From Candidatus Saccharimonadota bacterium (GTDB lineage: Bacteria > Patescibacteriota > Saccharimonadia > Saccharimonadales > JAGQMS01): a DNA stretch of 40,410 bases. The translations under genes were made by a program, and so were the position numbers. The notes under the pieces are model-generated. The model searched no databases, was not told the DNA's origin, and worked only from the letters and a program-made list of their open reading frames with translations. Shown here one piece after another: positions 1 to 9,728 of this stretch. Numbering within the stretch: the first letter of the stretch is position 1; each line of letters begins with the position of its first letter. The stretch is from positions 1 through 40,410 of the forward strand of contig JAYSUL010000024.1 of assembly GCA_043719125.1 (NCBI GenBank), in the 5' to 3' direction.

Positions 1-210
1 CTCATCGTGTTGGCATTGTACGGCCAGAACCTGACGTCGTCGATGCTGAACAGCATCGTCGGCGGAACGCTGATTGCAGCGTTCATAGGTTTTGTAGCGG
101 TGATCTGCCTACACCTGCACGCCAGGAAGGCAGTCCAATTTCTGGCCTATTTGGCAGGTATTGGGAGCATCATCTTCATCGCTTGGCAGACGCTGAGCGC
201 AGTCCTGTAG
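1..210 (+). CDS. C-terminal fragment of a hydrophobic membrane protein (enters from upstream of the window)
   Basis: The frame is open from base 1 to TAG at 208-210. The translation is almost entirely hydrophobic. Hairpins follow the stop. No family recognised. Confidence 0.4.
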   Translation, partial: LIVLALYGQNLTSSMLNSIVGGTLIAAFIGFVAVICLHLHARKAVQFLAYLAGIGSIIFIAWQTLSAVL

Positions 211-290
211 GAATACGACGAGCAAGTAGAAGAGCTCACAAATACTCTTCCTGCTCGTCGAGTTGGTTGTTCTATTTGCTCGTCAATACG

Positions 291-335
291 CCCCGTACTT
301 CCCACAAGGAGTACGGGGCTGTTCCTTTTTATTCC
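291..335 (+). terminator. Intrinsic terminator after the partial membrane-protein gene
   Basis: Perfect 10-bp stem gccccgtact (291-300) / agtacggggc (311-320), followed by tgttccttttt. Confidence 0.6.
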
Positions 336-586
336 GATAAAAATAAAATAGCTCGCATAGGCGAGCACTATATTTTGGGGTTTGGGGGTGTAAAAGAAAA
401 CCTTTCCGATCTAGGTGTTGTTCTAAATTACAATGCTGCGATTACCGAGGACTTAGCGTAGCGATCCCGCAGGTGCATTGTAATTATCGACAACGGATAG
501 GTAGCGAAATATTTCCCTACCCCCAGTTTTGGACACTTTTTAAAAAGTGTCTGACTTTGGTTCTTTTCGAAAGAATAGATATACTT

Positions 587-1186
587 ATGCTTATGGATCA
601 ACAGCCTAATTATGACTTCATCATGAACTCCGGTAAACCAAAGGGTGGCGGACTGGCAATGGCATCAAAAAAACAGCGAATTCTCGTTGTCGTTGGGGGG
701 GCTATAGGATTATTGGTAGCGACACTGATCATTGGCGGGCTACTTGGCGGCTCGGCTAATAAGTCAAACAACCAACTTCTTGACCTCGTTGCCTACCAGT
801 CTGAGCTTAAGCGGGTTATTGCACTCGGCACAACGAGGGCTCGAAGCGCAGACACACAGAACAAGGCAATTACTGCCTCATACACCCTAGACTCAGACTA
901 CCAACGTAGCGTTTCGATGGTCAAGGCCAGGGGTATTACTGCACCTAAAGACTTAACGGTTAGGTACGCAGGTAAAACATCAGATACAGCGCTAGATGCT
1001 GCCGAAAAAGCAAACGCCTTCGACCAAAAATATGAAGAACTATATAAAGAGAAACTAACAAACTATAAGGCAAAACTAGCAGAAGTATATCAGTCCCTAA
1101 GTCCTAGCGAACAAGTCATCGTCAAAAGCCAGAGTGATAATGCCAAAATATTACTTGGCGAGCCGACAGCTGTTCCAGAAAAATAA
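587..1186 (+). CDS. Hypothetical single-pass membrane-anchored protein
   Basis: ATG at 587 or 593 within ORF 473-1186. N-terminal KKQRILVVVGGAIGLLVATLIIGGLLGG looks like a TM anchor and the remainder is hydrophilic. No family recognised. Confidence 0.6.
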   Translation: MLMDQQPNYDFIMNSGKPKGGGLAMASKKQRILVVVGGAIGLLVATLIIGGLLGGSANKSNNQLLDLVAYQSELKRVIALGTTRARSADTQNKAITASYTLDSDYQRSVSMVKARGITAPKDLTVRYAGKTSDTALDAAEKANAFDQKYEELYKEKLTNYKAKLAEVYQSLSPSEQVIVKSQSDNAKILLGEPTAVPEK

Positions 1187-1525
1187 CTAAACTTCTATGC
1201 CAGCAACTAAGTTGTAGCTGAGAACTATCAGCCCTTGAACTTCCTCCCATGGCAATTGCCCGGTGAGCAGTATGGTATTCCAGTGCTTTTTGTTGAGGTG
1301 ATAGCCAGGTAAAACCGTCTCATATTTTTCCCTAAGCAGCTCAGCGAGACCCGGATCGCACTTGAGGCTGAGTTGTAACGGTGCCTTGCCCTCAGGCATG
1401 ATAGCAAAAAGTTTTTCTTCATCCCCTACCGGTACCTTATAAACTGCTACTCCTTCACCAAAAGGATAGTCTAGCCGAGAGTTCGGCATACTGAGCAGGT
1501 ATTCTTCAATTGTTTTACGATCCAT
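1187..1525 (-). CDS. MmcQ/YjbR family DNA-binding protein
   Basis: 112 aa. The layout DYPFGEGVAVYKV...LSLKCDP...LPGYHLNKKHWNT is typical of the YjbR/MmcQ family. It overlaps the upstream gene by 11 nt, consistent with an operon. Confidence 0.8.
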   Translation of the reverse strand: MDRKTIEEYLLSMPNSRLDYPFGEGVAVYKVPVGDEEKLFAIMPEGKAPLQLSLKCDPGLAELLREKYETVLPGYHLNKKHWNTILLTGQLPWEEVQGLIVLSYNLVAGIEV

Positions 1526-1982
1526 TGCTAGTAATTATGCCATATACCGCAGCAACATCCTCATGTAGAAACTGTCTAGGAAAGTCTTTGGTCTCGCCCT
1601 CAGCAACGCAATCCACCAGAACGTTCGAGTCGACCATACCGATTAAATACTGAGCACTCTTCGCATTAACTTCTAAAATCCAGCTATTTCTTCCCTCAAC
1701 TAGCGTAGTAGTGATGTTCCCCTGCCTGTCTACGATGGATCGAAGCACATGATTTGCATATAGTCCGTCGAAAGCAGGTAGGGGTGAGATACAGCCCAGT
1801 AAAACTCCTCGCGCATGTCGGACCCTATATCTTAAACCGGGCTCGCCCACTAAGACCTCCTCTGAGCCGACTTCTACGACAGCATGAATGCTACGAAGAC
1901 AACGCTTGCTTTCTTCGATAGCTAAATTCCTAAAGCCAGTGGCTACTTCTATACTAAGTATACTCATCGCACGATAGTACAC
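1515..1982 (-). CDS. Hypothetical protein
   Basis: ORF of 155 aa from GTG at 1982; an alternative ATG at 1967 gives MSILSIE. Soluble composition. No motif recognised. Confidence 0.5.
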   Translation of the reverse strand: MYYRAMSILSIEVATGFRNLAIEESKRCLRSIHAVVEVGSEEVLVGEPGLRYRVRHARGVLLGCISPLPAFDGLYANHVLRSIVDRQGNITTTLVEGRNSWILEVNAKSAQYLIGMVDSNVLVDCVAEGETKDFPRQFLHEDVAAVYGIITSNGS

Positions 1983-2043
1983 TAGTCGGCAGATCTAACC
2001 AAAAGCACTACTTCATGGTTTAAAAGGATTGCCCCGATTGGAT

Positions 2044-3165
2044 TTACAGAGGGATCCAGTTAAGCTTTTGGATTGTATTGGCCTGTAGTGTGTCGTCAGC
2101 AGACTTTGGCTGATATGGATTTGCCGTATCAACTGGAATAATTGAGTACTTATAGGTATAGTCAGGTTTCTGGAGATTTTTGCTTCGAGCAGCTTCAACG
2201 CATAGATCATCATACCCACTGCATGTTTTAGCAATCTCAGCCCAGTCCTGTATGTTTTGGGTGCTTGCTTGTCGTATCTCTATGCCAAGACCAATCGCAG
2301 ATGATTGTGGGTTTGAGTTCACTGCTACACCCATAAATCTACCGAGAGAGTAAACAATAAGTCCGTCGGCGTATTTCTCAACAGGTTCGAGGCTGGAATC
2401 ACCAATACCCATTACTATATCCGCTCCAGCGTCTACATAACTTTGGTATAGAGATCTGCTCGAGCTACCGAGTGTATCAAGTATGCTTGTTTGATTATAG
2501 ATATACACCCACACCGGTAGATCTACCGTATATTTCTGCACTTCTGATACAGCAGCCGGCTTTACCGCATCTGCTATAGAAACCGCGCAAAGAACAATAG
2601 GCAATGATGCTGACTGATAAGCCCGATCCTTTGACTCTAGTCTTGCACTTAAGCTCACCACCTCACACATATCTTTGGCGGACACATCGCCCATCCCCCC
2701 AAAGAATTGAATCCCTTCCTTTGACAAAAATGAAGTGGTCATCATCTTAGTCTTTGCATCCCCCGTATTAGCGACGATACTTGCAACTCCAAAATACTTC
2801 GAGAAATCACTTACCTGATCAGCATCACAGAACTCTTTCGTATCAATATTATCCAACGGGCAATCTAGACCTATGATCCATTCATCATAGTTACTCCGTC
2901 CTATGGTGGTCATCTGCGCAAAGACGGCCGTCTCCTGTGCCGGCGCAATACCAGCCCATGATGCCGAGCCAAAGCTCACCGTACGAGAACTTATCTCTTG
3001 AAAGTTATTAATACTTACAACTTCAGCTGTGTCTTCTGCATCACTCGTAATTACACCCGAGTTATTAATTACATACGCCGTCAGAAAGAATACTGCCCCA
3101 AGAGTCAAAACCACGACTACCAGCTTTAGTAACCGGTGAGAGTTTCTACGTGAACGATACTCCAT
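2044..3165 (-). CDS. Membrane-anchored CapA/PGA_cap-like protein, possibly catalytically degenerate
   Basis: 373 aa with an N-terminal TM (LLKLVVVVLTLGAVFFLTAYV). The C-terminal GADIVMGIGDSSLEPVEKYADGLIVYSLGRFMG resembles the CapA motif GADxVxGHHPHVxQ...YSLGNF, but the His cluster is replaced. Confidence 0.45.
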   Translation of the reverse strand: MEYRSRRNSHRLLKLVVVVLTLGAVFFLTAYVINNSGVITSDAEDTAEVVSINNFQEISSRTVSFGSASWAGIAPAQETAVFAQMTTIGRSNYDEWIIGLDCPLDNIDTKEFCDADQVSDFSKYFGVASIVANTGDAKTKMMTTSFLSKEGIQFFGGMGDVSAKDMCEVVSLSARLESKDRAYQSASLPIVLCAVSIADAVKPAAVSEVQKYTVDLPVWVYIYNQTSILDTLGSSSRSLYQSYVDAGADIVMGIGDSSLEPVEKYADGLIVYSLGRFMGVAVNSNPQSSAIGLGIEIRQASTQNIQDWAEIAKTCSGYDDLCVEAARSKNLQKPDYTYKYSIIPVDTANPYQPKSADDTLQANTIQKLNWIPL

Positions 3166-3169
3166 GTCT

Positions 3170-3544
3170 CTATCTCCTATTCATCCAAGTTAAAACTTTT
3201 GATGCTTCTGCATGCTCAAGGGAGAGGATAATACGGCGGTACTTGCGCATATCTGTCTCTATAACAAGTACCTGTTTTACAACAGGATTTGCGAGGCCTT
3301 TTGGATGAGATATGTACATAAAGTCCCACCCCTCCTCAGTCCAGAAGGATCCTGCTGCGAGCAGACCTGGCGCATATGTGCCGGGCAGTCTTAGCTCATA
3401 CTTTTTCCAATCATCGAAATACTCACACCACTCAACAAACATAATACGATCTTTGGGTATATCAATCTTAGTTTTGAGCGCCCAAATCTGCTCTTGACCT
3501 TCAAGTTCGATCCTCAGTAAGTTCTTGCCTCGTAGAACTTTCAT
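3170..3544 (-). CDS. Hypothetical protein
   Basis: 124-aa ORF tightly packed between neighbouring genes. No family recognised. Confidence 0.55.
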   Translation of the reverse strand: MKVLRGKNLLRIELEGQEQIWALKTKIDIPKDRIMFVEWCEYFDDWKKYELRLPGTYAPGLLAAGSFWTEEGWDFMYISHPKGLANPVVKQVLVIETDMRKYRRIILSLEHAEASKVLTWMNRR

Positions 3545-3564
3545 ATAGTTATAGGGTAGATTGC

Positions 3565-3969
3565 TTAGGCGTTAGCGTCAAGCTTTACTTCTTTGGCCCG
3601 GAAGTCTAGTGATACAGAATTGATACAATACCTCTGACCAGTTGGTTGATCAGGCGCGTCATCAAAGAGATGCCCGAGGTGTCCTTTACAGTTTTTGCAG
3701 ACTACCTCTACCCGAGACATGCCAAATGATGTATCCGTATGCTGTTCTACCGCATCAGAACTGGCGATGTCATAAAAAGCCGGCCAGCCACAATGGCTCT
3801 CAAACTTATTGTCACTCGTAAATAGTACAGCGCCACAAGCAGCACAGGTATATGTACCCTTATCTTCTCGGTATAGATGCTCTCCACTGTAGGGCGCTTC
3901 AGTACCTTTGCCTTTCAGTACCCGTAGCTGATCACCAGATAATTGCTTTGTAATCTTTGATTCATCCAT
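3565..3969 (-). CDS. msrB: Peptide-methionine (R)-S-oxide reductase
   Basis: 134 aa with the two CxxC zinc pairs (CAACG, CKNC), GWPAF, and the catalytic RYCINS motif. Confidence 0.93.
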   Translation of the reverse strand: MDESKITKQLSGDQLRVLKGKGTEAPYSGEHLYREDKGTYTCAACGAVLFTSDNKFESHCGWPAFYDIASSDAVEQHTDTSFGMSRVEVVCKNCKGHLGHLFDDAPDQPTGQRYCINSVSLDFRAKEVKLDANA

Positions 3970-3988
3970 ACATACAGTTTACTACATC

Positions 3989-4021
3989 AAAAAACATCCC
4001 CTACAACGGGGATGTTTTTTT
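3989..4021. terminator. Bidirectional intrinsic terminator; serves mscL on the minus strand
   Basis: aaaaacatcccc-tacaa-cggggatgttttttt: a GC-cored stem flanked by A and T runs on both sides. Confidence 0.75.
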
Positions 4022-4047
4022 ATGGTAACTCTTGACGTAAGTAGCTG

Positions 4048-4362
4048 TTACTTCTTGTCAGCTTTTGTTAGGCCGGCTTTATCAACGATAAAGTAGACAA
4101 CAAAGGCAGTCGCGAGAAGCGTGATTATGGCGTTAGCAATTGCACCCCAGCCAAATACAAGCTCTTCACCACCACGTACTAGACCCGTATTCCATTCTAG
4201 GGCCGAGAGATCAGTACCACCTAAGATGTAACCTACGAGCGGGCTAATAAAGTTATCGACAAGCACGCCGACTGCATCACCAGCCTTTAGACCAATAGCA
4301 AGTCCGACTGCAAGTCCAACAATTCCTTGTGCACGGACAAAATCTACAAAACCTTTTACCAT
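4048..4362 (-). CDS. mscL: Large-conductance mechanosensitive channel
   Basis: 104 aa. The N-terminus FVDFVRAQGIVGLAVGLAIGLKAGDAV..., the PLVGYILGG loop and a second TM match MscL architecture. Confidence 0.88.
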   Translation of the reverse strand: MVKGFVDFVRAQGIVGLAVGLAIGLKAGDAVGVLVDNFISPLVGYILGGTDLSALEWNTGLVRGGEELVFGWGAIANAIITLLATAFVVYFIVDKAGLTKADKK

Positions 4363-4434
4363 AACATCACTCCTTTTTTCCTTAAGTTACTCTATGGCAG
4401 AAGTATAGAAGTTTACGCAGTAGCTTGCAATAGC

Positions 4435-5961
4435 CTAGTTATCTGGGTTAGCTGTCATGAGGTCGAGGAAATCTTGGCCTCTATAGCCAATGATCCGTTT
4501 CCTGCTCGCATCCATTTTGTCGTATCGGCTAAGCAGTAGACTACCGAGACGGGGGACCTTTTTGACCATCAGCCGATGACCGTCGACAAATCGCCAAAAC
4601 AGTCCATCCCAAATATCACACCATGGGCCCTTATCGTAACGGCTCATCGCAAGTATAGTATTGCTGGAGCACAGGCTTTGTCGGCCAGATAATTTACCTT
4701 GTTGTATAGACTGACCTAGTGAATACACACTCGGGAGCGTCACCCATTCATACGAATCAACGAAAGAGCACATAAACCACTGATATACATCGTCTGGATG
4801 TATATCACACATCATCATAAAGTTACCGACGACTGTCAGTCTCTCGCTGTGGTGTGCGTAGCCAAAATCATTTACTTTTTTTATAACTGCGTCTACTGGT
4901 GGCATACCGGTTGTACCAGCGTACCAGTCATCAGTCAGCCGTCGATTATTACCGAGTACATTTTGCGAACGAAGCTTGTCTCCACTCGTTACATATAGCG
5001 CACGCGCATACTCACGCTGACCGAGGATATTACGTATAAAGCCCTCAAGGCTAGCTATAGGTATTTCCTTTTTTGTAGATGCGCAGAAGTCCATCGCCGC
5101 CTCGACAACTTCCTGGGGTGATACAAGTCCGATATTGAGCATCGGTGAGATAGCACTATGAAACAGCCAGACACCGCGCTCATCAACAATATCCTGGTAC
5201 TCTCCATAGCTAGATAGTCGGTTTGCAAAAAAGTCCTTTAGCCACGCCAGTGACTCGACCCTATTTGTTGGCCAGAGAAAGGTATCAGTTCGCCCTGGGT
5301 TAGAAGGAAACTTCAGCTCGACGTGTGTAATAGCTTCACGGACAAAGTCATTATCGCCAAAGCTTGATATACCTGGAAGCGGCGTATCCTTGTCTAGCCT
5401 TGTTTCCTCTTCTGACCCAAAGCTCCATTTTCCACCGACAGGATGATAGTTTTTGTCGATCAATACATCAAAGCGCTCTCTCTGATACTGGTAAAAATCT
5501 GTAAAACTCGGTGTGTCTTTGCCAGTAAAGTACGCATCTATATCTTTTTGTCTTAGATAGAACCCCGGGTTTTCTAGCTTTCGCAGTGGGACGTGCACCT
5601 CGAGCGCCTGCGATGCAGATTCAAGTCTGCGCCAAAGCCTAGAATCAATCGGGTCGAATACAACGATCTCACTTGCTCCCTCGAATGCAGCTCGTACAAG
5701 TGCAGTATCAGTAACTACGTCTGTTCCAGATTCAACATACTCCACTTCGTAGCCATTGGGCCAAAGCACTTCCTCGGCGTAACGACGCATGCTTGCCCTT
5801 AGCAGCACTAGTCGCTGTTTATGGAAGCTCATTGGAAATTCTTTATCATTGCCGAATAGCAACGGTTCTTCAACAAGGTAAACTCGTTGTACCTTCGGTA
5901 GAAGAGACACTTCAAAAAGCTGATTTGGATACAAAAGTAGTGCGGTGCCCATATATAGCAC
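4435..5961 (-). CDS. Cryptochrome/photolyase-related protein (COG3046, FeS-BCP / (6-4) photolyase-like)
   Basis: 508 aa. The LLLYPNQLF start, the overall COG3046 layout and four C-terminal Cys (MMCD, FMCS, SLCSS, PWCD) fit the Fe-S cluster ligands of this class. Start is GTG at 5961 or ATG at 5952. Confidence 0.8.
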   Translation of the reverse strand: MLYMGTALLLYPNQLFEVSLLPKVQRVYLVEEPLLFGNDKEFPMSFHKQRLVLLRASMRRYAEEVLWPNGYEVEYVESGTDVVTDTALVRAAFEGASEIVVFDPIDSRLWRRLESASQALEVHVPLRKLENPGFYLRQKDIDAYFTGKDTPSFTDFYQYQRERFDVLIDKNYHPVGGKWSFGSEEETRLDKDTPLPGISSFGDNDFVREAITHVELKFPSNPGRTDTFLWPTNRVESLAWLKDFFANRLSSYGEYQDIVDERGVWLFHSAISPMLNIGLVSPQEVVEAAMDFCASTKKEIPIASLEGFIRNILGQREYARALYVTSGDKLRSQNVLGNNRRLTDDWYAGTTGMPPVDAVIKKVNDFGYAHHSERLTVVGNFMMMCDIHPDDVYQWFMCSFVDSYEWVTLPSVYSLGQSIQQGKLSGRQSLCSSNTILAMSRYDKGPWCDIWDGLFWRFVDGHRLMVKKVPRLGSLLLSRYDKMDASRKRIIGYRGQDFLDLMTANPDN

Positions 5962-5988
5962 TAGTATAAACCGCTTACGGTAAGTTTC

Positions 5989-7656
5989 CTACATTTTTTC
6001 GGGAGCTTGTATGCCCAGGATAGAAAGTCCATCCCCAAGTGTCTTTGCGTATTCACTCACCAAAGTAAGCCGGACCGCCTCTCTCGGATCGCCCACTACA
6101 AGATTGTTCTCATAGAATTTATTAAACTCCTGCGCCAGTTCATAGAGGTAGGTACATATAGTGTGCGCGGCGTACTCGGTCGTTGCCTGAAATAGTATTA
6201 CCTGGTACTCGGCGAGCTTCCTTACAAGCTGTCTCTCGCCAAGTTCGAGCTGCACCACCTGTGCAGGCTCTACGGCTGATTTGCCCAAGATACTTTTTGC
6301 CCTAACGAGTGCGTATTGCAGGTATGGGCCACTATTACCATGGAGGCTAACGGATCCCTCCGGATCAAATGCAATATCACCACCCAGTCTATGCTTGAGG
6401 AATTCGTACTTCACCGCTCCAAGATAAATCTGCTCATCCCGCTCGGGATCGCCTGAGTCACCCACCGCTTCCCTCACGGCGCATAGCACATCCATGGCAG
6501 TCGTTACATTGCCTGTTCGTGAAGACATTTTAGTCCCATCACCAAATCGAATTAGTCCGTTCGTCAGATGCGTCATCTTTGTGCGAATTCCCGGAAGTAT
6601 ATGGTCGGCTGCCTGCCACACAACTTTCATATATTCTGTCTGTTCTTTTCCGGTGATCAAAATTCGATGATCAAAGGGAAATTCTTCCATTTCTATCATG
6701 ATGAGGCCCAGATCTTTAGCCTCATAGGTAGGGAGTCCTTCCCTAGTTATGAAAACTCTCGTATGCAGGCCATCCTTTTCGCCCTCGTATACGACAGCAT
6801 CTTGAGATTTTGCGAACACAGAGCCGACATGAGCTTCAACTTCATGTCTACCACGAGCTTCGGTTGAGCTTTCCGGATAATACTTTTCGAACCCAGTTAC
6901 CTTTAGTTCACGGTATAGCCGTTCAAAATAGTCTCGACACCAGTCTCGACACGTAAAATATATCTGGGCAAACGGTGAAGTCGTATCTCCCGTTGCGTGC
7001 ATTGCATATATACGTTTGTTAACTTCTAGAATCTCAGCGCTAACTGCGTCGTCATCATTCGTATCTGCCTTTGCGCCATCAACGTAACGTTCGGCAATAA
7101 ATTTTGTACGCTCATCAGTAAGTATATCGTTGAGTTTTTCCGGAAACTCACCACCAATATTTTTAATTATTCCCCATAGGGCACGCGCCGCGCTCAAGCC
7201 TACATCAGCGCCAAAGTTGGTTCTGTGCACTATCGCCCCGCTTCTCTCGACCATTCTAGCAACCACGTCACCATAGATCGTTTGGTATAAGTGCCCAGCG
7301 TGCAGTTCTTTGAAATAATTTGGGCAAGAATACTCAATAACGTATCTCTTTCCCGCAAAAACATCGACGTCTCGCCTCGATGCAGCGTCCCAAAGGTCAC
7401 CATCCGAAGCCCAAAGATTGATAAACCCAGGTCCAGCAACCTCTGCTTTTACACCACCTGTATTAAGTCTATCGACCAAAGTCTGAGCAATTTCTCTCGG
7501 ATTTTTCTGTAGCTTTCCAGCGATTTGCATCGCGACATTCGTTGAGTAGTCGCCGAACTTTGTCTCGGGGATAGTCAGCTCAATATCTGCCTCAATCTCA
7601 AAAAGCTCTCTGACGAGAGACTTAATTTGATCAATAGTTTTTTGCTTTAACTCCAT
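5989..7656 (-). CDS. argS: Arginine--tRNA ligase
   Basis: 555 aa with a class I HIGH-type motif (HAGHL), a KMSKS-like KMSSR, and the typical ArgRS C-terminal anticodon-binding domain ending in M. Confidence 0.95.
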   Translation of the reverse strand: MELKQKTIDQIKSLVRELFEIEADIELTIPETKFGDYSTNVAMQIAGKLQKNPREIAQTLVDRLNTGGVKAEVAGPGFINLWASDGDLWDAASRRDVDVFAGKRYVIEYSCPNYFKELHAGHLYQTIYGDVVARMVERSGAIVHRTNFGADVGLSAARALWGIIKNIGGEFPEKLNDILTDERTKFIAERYVDGAKADTNDDDAVSAEILEVNKRIYAMHATGDTTSPFAQIYFTCRDWCRDYFERLYRELKVTGFEKYYPESSTEARGRHEVEAHVGSVFAKSQDAVVYEGEKDGLHTRVFITREGLPTYEAKDLGLIMIEMEEFPFDHRILITGKEQTEYMKVVWQAADHILPGIRTKMTHLTNGLIRFGDGTKMSSRTGNVTTAMDVLCAVREAVGDSGDPERDEQIYLGAVKYEFLKHRLGGDIAFDPEGSVSLHGNSGPYLQYALVRAKSILGKSAVEPAQVVQLELGERQLVRKLAEYQVILFQATTEYAAHTICTYLYELAQEFNKFYENNLVVGDPREAVRLTLVSEYAKTLGDGLSILGIQAPEKM

Positions 7657-7844
7657 TTGTAATCAGTATACCCGACTTACGTATAACCTCGAAGAAGTCA
7701 GGGTTATCTAGAGAGGATGATATGCACCCATTATCTAACTGAGGTGATGCTATGGCATCATTGATGGAAGAAACGGGTGTAGATCGCCTATCTGATAAGT
7801 ATGGCTCTACAGGGATTTGCGTAAGTCGGGTAAACAGAGGTAAC
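7657..7844 (-). promoter_or_regulatory. Structured 188-nt spacer/leader upstream of argS, closed by a 13-bp helix
   Basis: Perfect inverted repeat tacccgacttacg (7669-7681) / cgtaagtcgggta (7820-7832) encloses about 138 nt containing further hairpins. No SD is visible before the argS ATG. Confidence 0.4.
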
Positions 7845-8513
7845 TTAATACTTCGATAGGTATCTTGGTCGAGCAACGGCTTGCTCTATAACTAACTTGT
7901 GCCGCTCGAGCAGACTCGCGTACTCATCCTTGGTTTTGTTCATACTGCTATACACCAGGAATGGCTCGAGTACATCAAAGCCGCAGAACGCTAACGTTCC
8001 ATGGTGAAGCGGATGCAAAACTTGCTTGAGGGTAGCCTTATGCTTACCGAGAGGTTGATAGTACTCTTCAGGGCCACCAGCTACAGCGACAACCATTGCC
8101 TTTTTGCCACGGAACATCCCGTTTTCATAAATTTTTCCGGCGTCCCATGCTATCCCCATAGCCAGGACCCTATCAAACCAGCCTTTGAGAATTGCTGGCT
8201 CAGAAAACCACCACACCGGGAAGTAAAACATCACCAAATCAGCTGCCTGCAGGCGCTGTATCTCACTGACTACATCTGGCGCGAAACCCCAGTTATTATC
8301 AGTCGCGTGCTTTTGCTCAAGCATGTAGTTAAAGTGTTTCCCTGTAAGCGTCGAGAAGTCATACTTGTTCGCAGTCGGAGTGAATCCATTTGCGTAAAGA
8401 TCAGTTTCGATTACTTCATGCTCTAACGCCACAAGCGTGCTGATTGCCACATTCTTTAGAGATGCGACGAGAGATGCGGGCTCGTGATGAGCATATACCA
8501 CCAATATATTCAT
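7845..8513 (-). CDS. NAD(P)H dehydrogenase (quinone), flavodoxin-like fold
   Basis: 222 aa. MNILVVYAHHEP...DLY...FYFPVWWFS...LKGWFDRV matches the Flavodoxin_2 / NQO1-like pattern. Confidence 0.85.
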   Translation of the reverse strand: MNILVVYAHHEPASLVASLKNVAISTLVALEHEVIETDLYANGFTPTANKYDFSTLTGKHFNYMLEQKHATDNNWGFAPDVVSEIQRLQAADLVMFYFPVWWFSEPAILKGWFDRVLAMGIAWDAGKIYENGMFRGKKAMVVAVAGGPEEYYQPLGKHKATLKQVLHPLHHGTLAFCGFDVLEPFLVYSSMNKTKDEYASLLERHKLVIEQAVARPRYLSKY

Positions 8514-8557
8514 TATTTACTAGTATAGTGTATCTAGATTTAAGTATAAAGGAGCTT

Positions 8558-9013
8558 ATGGTTAGCGTTATATGTGTAGGCAAAAAGCATGAGGCAATGT
8601 ATGAGGCAGCGATTGCTCATTTTGAAGGGCGCATAAAACCATATACAAAGCTAACTTTCATAGTACTGCCCCACTCACCATTAGATAATCTAAAGGCACG
8701 TACAGAGGAGAGCACTCGAATCCTGAGCCGTATAAATAGCGAGGATTATGTCGTACTCCTCGACGAAACTGGAGATAATTTGCCCACCGCGGAGCTAGCT
8801 CAAAAGATTGAGCTAGCCCAAAACTCCTCAAGGAATATTACGTTTATTATAGGTGGCGCCTATGGAGTAGATGACACGGTCAAAAAGCGCGCAAACTCGA
8901 TAGTTGCATTTGGTAAAGCAGTGTTTCCCCATCAACTTATGCGCGTCATGCTACTCGAGCAGATATACAGAGCCTACTCCATCCTCGCAGGATCAAAGTA
9001 CCACCATCTATAG
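8558..9013 (+). CDS. rlmH: 23S rRNA (pseudouridine1915-N3)-methyltransferase
   Basis: ATG at 8558 preceded by aaaggag. About 151 aa, with SPOUT-type FIIGGAYG and PHQLMRVMLLEQIYRA motifs. Confidence 0.9.
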   Translation: MVSVICVGKKHEAMYEAAIAHFEGRIKPYTKLTFIVLPHSPLDNLKARTEESTRILSRINSEDYVVLLDETGDNLPTAELAQKIELAQNSSRNITFIIGGAYGVDDTVKKRANSIVAFGKAVFPHQLMRVMLLEQIYRAYSILAGSKYHHL

Positions 9014-9131
9014 GTAAAAATATTTCTGGATTTAGTCCGGGGATATTTTACAAAACAGGAAAAGAGAAGCCGGAGCATGCCGCTTTTTACGGATGCCCCG
9101 AGCGATGAGAAAAGGACTAGTCCTTGTCTTA

Positions 9132-9587
9132 TTACAGTCCGATCTCTTTGAGCTCCTGTCGCTTCAGTATAAACTTTAATGTGCCAATCTTCCATTTACC
9201 GGCTTTTTTTACCAAACTATATTCATAGGTACCGTCAACATTTAATACATAACGTACTCCACGATCGTTGATGAAATACTGACCCTTTACGACACTTGAA
9301 GCGCTCGCCTCTTTAGCTCCGAGCATCTTGACTCTCATCGACTGGATACGGTGTCTGGTAGCGTAGAAATAGCTTCTCAGCTCATGTCGCCAGTTGGAAA
9401 TTAGCTCTTTAATGCTCTTAATACCGGGTGCCTCTTGGGTTAGCTCGATATCATCGACGTATGGTTTATCTACAAAATAGTCTGAAATTTTGTCCCACAT
9501 AGCGTGGTCTCGGTATCGGTGTACACTCTCAAGTGCGTCTTTAATATCTTGACGATCGTTTCTGATTTCTTCTAATTGTGCGTTCAT
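9132..9587 (-). CDS. NTF2/SnoaL-like family protein
   Basis: 151 aa with an N-terminal helix followed by a beta-rich C-terminus (YEYSLVKKAGKWKI), typical of the SnoaL_4/NTF2-like fold. Confidence 0.6.
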   Translation of the reverse strand: MNAQLEEIRNDRQDIKDALESVHRYRDHAMWDKISDYFVDKPYVDDIELTQEAPGIKSIKELISNWRHELRSYFYATRHRIQSMRVKMLGAKEASASSVVKGQYFINDRGVRYVLNVDGTYEYSLVKKAGKWKIGTLKFILKRQELKEIGL

Positions 9588-9728
9588 TGATAGTTTCCTT
9601 TCTCTGAACTTTTTATGTTCCTTCAGAGCTATTGCTCTACATCAATACTATGTCAGCTTCCTGAAATGAAACTGAACGATCAAATAATACCCTTTACCCG
9701 TGCGCCCTTTCCATCTACCCTATAGGTA

